Origin: Candidatus Saccharimonadota bacterium
GTDB taxonomy: Bacteria > Patescibacteriota > Saccharimonadia > Saccharimonadales > UBA4665
Direction: 5' to 3'
Assembly (NCBI GenBank): GCA_963716945.1
Contig: OY970322.1
Coordinates: 420,001-452,000 of the forward strand
DNA: 32,000 nucleotides
The notes beneath the pieces are model-generated. The model saw nothing but the letters and a program-made list of their open reading frames with translations. It ran no database searches and was not told where the DNA came from. Shown here piece by piece: positions 25,262-31,525 of the stretch. Both the position numbers and the translations under genes were made by a program. Each line of letters starts with the position of its first letter. Position 1 is the first letter of the stretch.

Positions 25262-25570
25262 ATGAAAAAAGCAGTTATCAATACCGGCGGTAAACAGTAC
25301 CTGGTCACCGAAGGCGAGATCGTCAAGGTCGAGCTTCTCAAGGAGCCGGGCAAGAGCGTCAGCTTCGTGCCGCTGATGGTGATTGACGGCGAGACCGTCC
25401 AGATCGGCGTCCCCTCGGTCGATAAGGCCAAGGTAACGGCCGAAGTCCTCGAGGCCGACGTCCAAGCCGACAAGGTCACGGCTATCCGTTACAAAGCCAA
25501 GAAGCGCGTCCGCAAGGTCCGCGGCCACCGCCAGCACCAAACCATCCTCAAGATTACCAAAATCGCTTAG
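25262..25570 (+). CDS. rplU: 50S ribosomal protein L21
   Basis: MKKAVINTGGKQYLVTEGEIVKVE and the basic C-terminus are typical of L21. Confidence 0.95.
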   Translation: MKKAVINTGGKQYLVTEGEIVKVELLKEPGKSVSFVPLMVIDGETVQIGVPSVDKAKVTAEVLEADVQADKVTAIRYKAKKRVRKVRGHRQHQTILKITKIA

Positions 25571-25822
25571 CCGCCGGCCCGAGCCGCTGTGGAAAACTTT
25601 TTACTCAGCCAAAAAGCGTTATAAGCAAAACAACGTCCAGCTTTGATGCCGCCACTGCTAAAATTGCCCGCTCATCTGATTCTATAGGTTGCCAGCCGCC
25701 AACGTGCATTTATTAACAACACCATAGCCGCCAATATGTAGCTAAAACAGCTTCTCCAAGCGCACATCAAATTTATTCAAAAAGACCTTGCAGACCTCTG
25801 TTGAGGAGGCCATACTAAGTAC

Positions 25823-26055
25823 ATAGGATTGGGGTCTGTTACGGGTTCTGGTCCTAACCAACAAAAATTGGTTAAAACCAAACAAAAAGCCAAACGGGTC
25901 TCGCGCCGGTCGTCAAAAACCGCGCGAGACCCCCAAAACTGCTTAGTTTGCCATTCAACCAATACAAAAACTTAAACAAATGCCAACCTTAGTGTTGCCC
26001 GAGTGGGAGATGTCGAAGAGCACCCGGCCTGATCCAGGCCTGCAGGGTGTTTTTT
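25823..26055 (+). ncRNA. Candidate ~230-nt non-coding RNA (class unknown)
   Basis: Promoter-like TTGCAG (25788-25793), 17-nt spacer, CATACT (25811-25816). There is an internal 11-bp perfect hairpin (25896-25932), CA-rich single-stranded tracts, and a strong intrinsic terminator at 26021-26055. No ORF of 60 aa or more on this strand. Confidence 0.3.
26021..26055 (+). terminator. Intrinsic terminator in the rplU-parA gap
   Basis: CACCC-GGCCTG-ATC-CAGGCC-tgca-GGGTG followed by TTTTTT. Confidence 0.75.
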
Positions 26056-26115
26056 GCTGCTTTTCGTCTTGTGCCCGCGGCGCAAACCGGCTAAAGGGCC
26101 GGCGCAAACACCAAA

Positions 26116-26244
26116 ATGCCGACTAGAAAATACAAGAAGCAGCAGGAAGACCGGTTATTGAAGCGCTTGTCATTGCAAGAACGCCGCCGCCAGGAAGAAT
26201 TGCGGCGGCTGATTCTGGTCGATCCGCTTTTCAAAACCGTCTGA
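26116..26244 (+). CDS. Possible 42-aa basic micro-protein (MPTRKYKKQQEDRLLKRLSLQERRRQEELRRLILVDPLFKTV)
   Basis: An ATG...TGA ORF below the track cut-off. No SD is present. It contains a perfect 8-bp hairpin GCCGCCGC / GCGGCGGC (26184-26210), so it may be RNA structure rather than coding sequence. Confidence 0.2.
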   Translation: MPTRKYKKQQEDRLLKRLSLQERRRQEELRRLILVDPLFKTV

Positions 26245-26316
26245 CTGCCGCGGTCCGAACTAAACCGTCCGGCTAACGCGGCTCGGACGGCTTGACCAAA
26301 CCGGGCTTAATATTTT

Positions 26317-26447
26317 GCGACCCGGCCGTAAGAGCTACCGGACAGGCAAGGCCTTAGCTCTGCCAAGCGGCCATAATTACTCGCATCAAACCGTCGGGGC
26401 TGGTTGCCGGTAGCCGGGTGACTTAGACCAGGCCTAAGCCGGGTCGC
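26317..26447 (+). other. Long-range helix enclosing a ~110-nt structured segment upstream of parA
   Basis: GCGACCCGGC (26317-26326) is 10/10 complementary to GCCGGGTCGC (26438-26447). Inside it, AGAGCTA / TAGCTCT form a 7-bp hairpin (26331-26361). A second GCCGGGT copy (26413-26419) offers alternative pairing. Confidence 0.35.
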
Positions 26448-26513
26448 GGCAACAGAGTATTATAGTACGATAGAGCTAGCCGTATAAGGCTATAGCGGCT
26501 TATCACCTATGAA

Positions 26514-26522
26514 TGTTATACT
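26514..26522 (+). promoter_or_regulatory. Extended -10 promoter of parA
   Basis: TGtTATACT, followed by SD GGAG (26533-26536) and ATG 26542. Confidence 0.5.
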
Positions 26523-26541
26523 GAGTCAGAGCGGAGTAAGC

Positions 26542-27306
26542 ATGACACAAAAAATCATAGCGGTCGTGAACCAGAAGGGCGGAGTCGGCAAAACGACGAC
26601 GGCCATCAACGTGGCCGCCCAGCTGGCCGGCCCCAAGACTCCGGTTTTGCTGGTTGACTTGGATCCGCAAGGCAACGCTACCAGCGGACTGGGACTGGCC
26701 AAAGAAAAAGCCGCCGCCACGACTTATGACGTGCTGTGCGCCGCGGCACCGCTTGCCAATGTCATCCATGAAACCCATGTCGCACAATTATTCGTTTTGC
26801 CGGCTAATGCCAACCTGGCCGGCGCCGAGGTCCAACTGGTCAGCCGCCCGCGCCGGGAATTCGCCTTGGCTGACGCCCTAGCCGCCGCGACCCCTTATAA
26901 ATACATAATTATTGACTGTCCGCCGTCTCTGGGGCTGTTGACCATCAACGGTTTAACGGCGGCCGGCAGCGTGCTGATTCCGGTCCAGGCCGAATATTAT
27001 GCCCTTGAAGGACTGAGCCAACTGCTTGATACGGTTCAAGCGGTCCGGGGCAGTACTAACCCGCGGCTGGAGCTGCTTGGGATTGCGCTGACGATGTTCG
27101 ACAAGCGCAATTCATTGAGCGAGCAGGTGCAGGCCGAGGTCCGTAATTACTTCGGTGAAAGACTATTCAACAGCATAATTCCGCGTAACGTCCGGCTGGC
27201 CGAAGCGCCGAGCTATGGCCGAACGATTTACGAACATGACCGGTGGAGCAAAGGGGCCCGCGCCTACAAGGCCTTGGCACGCGAGATCCGCGACCGTTTG
27301 GGCTAA
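26542..27306 (+). CDS. parA: ParA/Soj-type partition ATPase
   Basis: Deviant Walker A KGGVGKTT, DLDPQGN and IIIDCPPSLG. The start is taken as ATG 26542 (MTQKIIAV) behind the SD. The track start is 26509. Confidence 0.9.
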   Translation: MTQKIIAVVNQKGGVGKTTTAINVAAQLAGPKTPVLLVDLDPQGNATSGLGLAKEKAAATTYDVLCAAAPLANVIHETHVAQLFVLPANANLAGAEVQLVSRPRREFALADALAAATPYKYIIIDCPPSLGLLTINGLTAAGSVLIPVQAEYYALEGLSQLLDTVQAVRGSTNPRLELLGIALTMFDKRNSLSEQVQAEVRNYFGERLFNSIIPRNVRLAEAPSYGRTIYEHDRWSKGARAYKALAREIRDRLG

Positions 27307-27340
27307 GTCTTGTCCCGGCGGTTTTTACAGAGACAGACAG

Positions 27341-27369
27341 TGGACGAACCGCAATAAGCATAGTATAGT
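27341..27369 (+). promoter_or_regulatory. Promoter-like element; leaderless start of CDS 27376
   Basis: TGGACG-17-TATAGT, then 6 nt (TATAGT), then ATG 27376. Confidence 0.4.
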
Positions 27370-27375
27370 TATAGT

Positions 27376-28155
27376 ATGACAGGGAAAGGTTTGCCAGTTA
27401 TCGGGCCCGGTGATATCGACCGCCGGGTGATTGCCGTGGCGCCGGGCGACGTCAATCCGGCCCGGCGCGATGAGTTCGACGCGCTGGTGGTCAGGCTGGG
27501 CGAGCTGGCCTCGCCTCTTATAGTCGACCCTGATTCGGGGGAACCGGCGATCGGCTTGCGGGCCTATGACCCCGAGACCCAAGAAACGCTTGGTACCCTC
27601 GAGCGCGACCAAATGATGCGGCTGCTCGGCGCTGTCGGCATGCCGGAAGAGGAACGGAGCAATACCTGGAACGTCATGCGGCTGGCCAGTGCCCGGGTCG
27701 CCGAGCAAATCGAGACCTGGCAAGCTTACGATAGCATCAACCGGGGCGCCGAAGTTATAAAAGAGGCGATTGCCCAGCGGCACGACGGCGATCTGACGAC
27801 CGAAGGCTTGCAGGAGGTCTTGGACGAAGAGGGCACGATAATGGCCAAAGCCAAAGGTGCGGTAGTCGAAATAGCGCGGAAGCACGGTTCGATACCGGCT
27901 CATGAACCGGAGCAAGAACCGTTCATGTTCGTGTGGGATGGAGAGGCGGCCGGGCTTAGGCCGCTGATGCCGGATGACGTTAATGCTACGGATATGGAGA
28001 CGGTGATGCACGTCGACGGTTTTTATCATAACCTTTCCCGGGCCGGCGGCCACCGCGAGCTAACCGGCAGCCGGCTGGCTTATCTGGTCGCTGTCGTGAA
28101 CGCCATGATAGAAGACCGGGCCGGGCCCGAACCCTCGCGGCCGGCGCCGGCCTAA
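27376..28155 (+). CDS. Hypothetical acidic protein, 259 aa, between parA and parB
   Basis: Clear codon periodicity with strong G-ending bias (I count 14 CGG versus 4 CGC Arg codons, whereas parB uses mainly CGC). No family recognised. The antisense ORF 27325-28053 is Arg/His/Pro-rich, like a mirror frame. Confidence 0.6.
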   Translation: MTGKGLPVIGPGDIDRRVIAVAPGDVNPARRDEFDALVVRLGELASPLIVDPDSGEPAIGLRAYDPETQETLGTLERDQMMRLLGAVGMPEEERSNTWNVMRLASARVAEQIETWQAYDSINRGAEVIKEAIAQRHDGDLTTEGLQEVLDEEGTIMAKAKGAVVEIARKHGSIPAHEPEQEPFMFVWDGEAAGLRPLMPDDVNATDMETVMHVDGFYHNLSRAGGHRELTGSRLAYLVAVVNAMIEDRAGPEPSRPAPA

Positions 28156-29018
28156 TCGAAAAACCGCAAAAGGCGGTCGAGGTCTTGGTCCGAGCTGAAG
28201 CCGATTTCGAGCTTGCCGCCGCGGGCGGTGCGGCGAAGCTGGACCGGGGCGCCGAGTTTTTTGCTGAGCTGCTTGGTGGCGGGGGTTTCGGTTTGGGTAC
28301 GGGCGTGGGCTTGTTTGACTTCTTTGACACCGGCTTTGACGCTCAGGACGAAACGTTCCGCCTGGCGGACGCTCCACCCCTGTTCCTGAATAGTTTTTAG
28401 AAGGTAGGCTTGGCGCTGTTCGTCGCCCTTGAGGGCCAGGATGGCGCGGGCGTGGCCTTCGCTGATTTTGCCGCCGGCCAGGGCCTGCTGGGCGGCTTCG
28501 GGCAGGCGCAGCAGACGCACGGTGTTGTTCACGGTCGAATTGGCTTTGCCTAGGCGTTTGGCGATCTCGTCATATGAGAACGAAAATTGTTCATGCAGGC
28601 GCTCGATGCTGAGGGCCTGTTCGAGCGGGCTGAGGTCGACCCGCTGGACGTTTTCAATCAGGGCCAGCTCGAGCTGTTCGAGTTCCTGGCGTTCGCGGAT
28701 GATGGCCGGTACGGTTTCCAGGCCCGCCAGCTGTGAGGCCCGCCAGCGGCGCTCGCCGGCGATGAGGGTGTATTTGCCGTCTTTCACGGGGGTCACAACC
28801 AGGGGTTGGATGATGCCGTGGCGTTTGATCGAGGCCGATAACTCCTTAAGCGCGGTGTCATCGAAGTGTTTGCGCGGTTGGTGCGGGTTGGGTTGGATTT
28901 GGCCGACGGGGATTTTTTCGATGCGGTCTTCCGGCGTCAGCAACAGGCTTTTATCAAAATCACTGGAGATCAAGGCTTCGAACCCGCGCCCCAGGCCCCT
29001 CTTTGGTGTTTGGCTCAT
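28152..29018 (-). CDS. parB: ParB/Spo0J partition protein
   Basis: N-terminal RGLGRGFEALI ParA-interaction peptide, the ParB box GERRWRA, and an HTH region. Confidence 0.95.
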   Translation of the reverse strand: MSQTPKRGLGRGFEALISSDFDKSLLLTPEDRIEKIPVGQIQPNPHQPRKHFDDTALKELSASIKRHGIIQPLVVTPVKDGKYTLIAGERRWRASQLAGLETVPAIIRERQELEQLELALIENVQRVDLSPLEQALSIERLHEQFSFSYDEIAKRLGKANSTVNNTVRLLRLPEAAQQALAGGKISEGHARAILALKGDEQRQAYLLKTIQEQGWSVRQAERFVLSVKAGVKEVKQAHARTQTETPATKQLSKKLGAPVQLRRTARGGKLEIGFSSDQDLDRLLRFFD

Positions 29019-29037
29019 AGACCAACTATATCATATG

Positions 29038-29706
29038 TCAGAAAGCTTTGGCCTGGTTGACGGGGAAGACCCGCAACACCAGTTTGCCGACGATTTGGCT
29101 GGCGTTAATCGGGCCGAAAGCGCGCGAATCGAGCGAATCCGGCCGGTTGTCGCCGGAGACGAAAAGCTGGTCTTTGCCGAGGGTGATATTGACGTTGCCG
29201 GAGGTGTTGGGGATGTTTTTGCCGTAAGGCAGGGTCTTGTCGGGCTCGAAACCGTGGGGGTGGGCCTTGTTATAGATGGTGTAAACGCCGTTGCTTAAGA
29301 CCAGGTGGTCGCCCGGCAGGCCGATGACCCGCTTGATAAGCTGCTTGCTGTCCTGGGTATCGTCGAACTGGCTGAGGCCGCTTTCGTTGAAAACGATAAT
29401 GTCACCCCTGTTAGGAATGTAGGCGTGCCCCGTAATATCAGCCCAGGTGCGCGGGACTTTCCAGATAATCAGCTTGTCGGCGTTCTGGAGGGTGTTCTCC
29501 ATACTGGGACCGTCAACCTGGTAAGACCGGAAGACGAAAGCGATGATCAGCAGCGCCACAGCCAAGGCTGTCAGTAGAATACCGATCGTTGAAAACAGTT
29601 CGTGCCAGCCGGACGGCTGGGACTGGTTATCTATCAGTTCGTCCGGAAGGACAGGGGGCCTCGGGTCAGCCGGCGGCAACGGCGAGGGTGTGGTTTCGTC
29701 ATTCAT
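29038..29706 (-). CDS. lepB: Signal peptidase I
   Basis: S26 motifs SMENTL (catalytic Ser), KRVIGLPGD (Lys) and GDNRPDSLDSR. One N-terminal TM segment. Confidence 0.9.
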   Translation of the reverse strand: MNDETTPSPLPPADPRPPVLPDELIDNQSQPSGWHELFSTIGILLTALAVALLIIAFVFRSYQVDGPSMENTLQNADKLIIWKVPRTWADITGHAYIPNRGDIIVFNESGLSQFDDTQDSKQLIKRVIGLPGDHLVLSNGVYTIYNKAHPHGFEPDKTLPYGKNIPNTSGNVNITLGKDQLFVSGDNRPDSLDSRAFGPINASQIVGKLVLRVFPVNQAKAF

Positions 29707-29747
29707 TACAGCTTCTCACTATAGCATAAATAATATGCCGGCGGGGG

Positions 29748-29776
29748 TTTACTCATAAGCGCGATGGGTCTATAAT
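29748..29776 (+). promoter_or_regulatory. Promoter of the LCP gene
   Basis: TTTACT-17-TATAAT, 15 nt upstream of ATG 29792. Confidence 0.55.
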
Positions 29777-29791
29777 GGTGTTTGTAAAGAG

Positions 29792-31525
29792 ATGGACCGG
29801 TCGAGATTCAAACGGCCTGCAATACAAACACAGCGCCAAACACAAAAAGACCCCTTTGGAAGTCCGCCACCTGTGCCGAAGGTAGTGTCCGCACGCCCGC
29901 TTAACATGGATATACATGACCGCCGCTCGGCCCGCCGGCCCCGCCCGGTCCAAGCCGCCCGGCCCGCCAGGAGCCTGCCGTCGATGGCCGTCGCGGCCTC
30001 GCTCGCCAGCCCGCCGCTTAGCAGCGCTCCGGTGCCGCCCCCGCCTGCCGCAACGCCGCCCCAAGCCGCCCCACCCCAAGCCGGCCGTTTGCCGCTGGAT
30101 ATGGACTTGCCCGGCGGTGCCAGCCAAGACCACTTCGAATCCTTGAGGCGGCGGGCCAAATGGCGCGACCGCCGCCGCAATGCCGCCCGAGTTACGGCCG
30201 TGGCCCTGGTCTTGCTTATTACTATGGGCGGACTGCTGTTTTCGCAGAGTTATTTGAAGCTGCACAAAGTCTTCAAGGGCGGCACCGGCACGGCGGCCGC
30301 GCTCAAGGTTAACGTTAACCCCGACCTGCTGAAAGGCGAGGGCAGCGGCCGCGTCAACATCCTGCTGATGGGACGGGGCGGCGGCAACCACGACGGGCCG
30401 GACCTGACCGACACCATGATGCTGGCCAGCATCGATCCGGTTAACCACACCGCGACGCTTCTAAGTTTGCCGCGTGACCTCTGGGTCAACGTACCTAACC
30501 AAGGGGTCATGAAACTCAACGCCGTTTGGGAAACCGGCGAATTCAAGTATCTCGGCAAAGTCGCCCCGGGCAGCACCGACCCCAAGGCGATTTCGGCCGG
30601 CTTCAACCTGGTTGACCAGACTGTCGGCAGTATCCTGGGCATTAATATCGATTACAATGCGCTGGTTGATTTCCAGGCCTTCCAACAGGCTGTCGATACC
30701 GTTGGCGGCGTAACCGTTAACGTGCCCACGCCTCTGGTTGACCCGACCATGGCTTGGGAAAACAACGGTAACGCCACGCTGGCCCAGGCCGGACTGCAGA
30801 ATTTCGACGGCAAGCAGGCGCTGCTCTACGTCAGGTCGCGCGAAACTACCAGCGACTTCGCCAGAGCCCAGCGCCAAAGGGCCGTCTTATTGGCCCTGAA
30901 GAGCAAGGTCGAGACCGTCGGTACGCTCAGCAACCCTTTCAAAATATCGGGTTTGTTCAGCGCCTTCGGCAACAATGTCCAGACCGACCTGTCGCTCAGC
31001 AACGCCGACCGGCTTTATGACATCTTAAAAGATGTCGACGGCGCTAATATCAGTTCAATTGACCTGGACGGCGGCTCGGTACCAGGGGCTACCCAGTACG
31101 TTACCGATGGCAACATTAACGGCCAGTCAATCGTTTTGCCGAAGGCCGGCCTGTTCCAGTACGGCGACATCCAGCAGTTTGTCCGCAGCCAGCTCAAGGA
31201 CCCTTATATAGTGAAAGAGAACGCCCCGATTATAGTCTTGAACGGTACCACGACCTCGGGTCTGGCAACCAACGAGGCCGACCTGCTCAAGACTTACGGT
31301 TACAACGTGATCCAGGCCGGCGACGCGCCGGAAACCAACTGGACGACCACGACCCTGGTCGACCTCAGCCACGGCAAGGATAAATATACGGCTCACTATC
31401 TGGAGCAGCGTCTTAACGTTAAGGCCCTGACCGCTATGCCCGGCGATAACATACCCACAAACGGCGCCGACTTTGTTATCATAATAGGCAGTGATGAGGC
31501 CAACCTTACGACTCCGCAATCTTAA
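29792..31525 (+). CDS. LytR-CpsA-Psr (LCP) family cell-envelope phosphotransferase with a LytR_C-like C-terminus
   Basis: LCP core ILLMGRGG...DTMMLASIDP...SLPRDLWV...R-containing motifs, and a TM segment VTAVALVLLITMGGLLF. The ~140-aa Pro/Arg-rich N-terminal region makes the true start uncertain (internal ATGs exist). Confidence 0.85.
   Translation: MDRSRFKRPAIQTQRQTQKDPFGSPPPVPKVVSARPLNMDIHDRRSARRPRPVQAARPARSLPSMAVAASLASPPLSSAPVPPPPAATPPQAAPPQAGRLPLDMDLPGGASQDHFESLRRRAKWRDRRRNAARVTAVALVLLITMGGLLFSQSYLKLHKVFKGGTGTAAALKVNVNPDLLKGEGSGRVNILLMGRGGGNHDGPDLTDTMMLASIDPVNHTATLLSLPRDLWVNVPNQGVMKLNAVWETGEFKYLGKVAPGSTDPKAISAGFNLVDQTVGSILGINIDYNALVDFQAFQQAVDTVGGVTVNVPTPLVDPTMAWENNGNATLAQAGLQNFDGKQALLYVRSRETTSDFARAQRQRAVLLALKSKVETVGTLSNPFKISGLFSAFGNNVQTDLSLSNADRLYDILKDVDGANISSIDLDGGSVPGATQYVTDGNINGQSIVLPKAGLFQYGDIQQFVRSQLKDPYIVKENAPIIVLNGTTTSGLATNEADLLKTYGYNVIQAGDAPETNWTTTTLVDLSHGKDKYTAHYLEQRLNVKALTAMPGDNIPTNGADFVIIIGSDEANLTTPQS

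Noticed and set aside
25672-25767. 31-aa hydrophobic micro-ORF on the - strand (MCAWRSCFSYILAAMVLLINARWRLATYRIR), type I toxin-like
   Set aside because: There is no SD and no convincing -10 box in the leaderless position, and several overlapping alternative micro-ORFs exist. It is pure speculation without conservation data.
25777-25962. 61-aa - strand ORF
   Set aside because: It runs straight through the 11-bp GC hairpin and CA-rich tracts. The product is Trp/Phe/Pro-rich, with no start signals.
26295-26312. RNase P RNA: AAACCGGGCTTAA resembles the CR-V ACAGAACCCGGCUUA motif
   Set aside because: The obligatory partner motif GAGGAAAGUCCGGGC (P4, CR-I) is absent on either strand of the region. 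The resemblance is too short to call.
25571-26541. Chromosomal replication origin (oriC) next to parA
   Set aside because: I found only one 1-mismatch DnaA-box-like 9-mer (TGTGGAAAA at ~25589) and a few 2-3-mismatch sites. There is no box cluster, no clear AT-rich unwinding element, and no dnaA or dnaN nearby. It cannot be excluded without a genome-wide GC-skew and DnaA-box analysis.
27325-28053. 242-aa - strand ORF competing with the 259-aa + strand ORF
   Set aside because: Its His/Arg/Pro-rich composition looks non-natural, and there is no start context. The + strand frame shows regular codon periodicity and a start 6 nt after a -10-like box. The choice is not certain.
28429-29298. 289-aa + strand ORF and other ORFs opposite parB and lepB; 231-aa - strand ORF 29753-30448 opposite the LCP gene
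   Set aside because: They overlap genes with clear ParB, S26 and LCP motifs. They are Arg/Ser/Trp-rich mirror frames.
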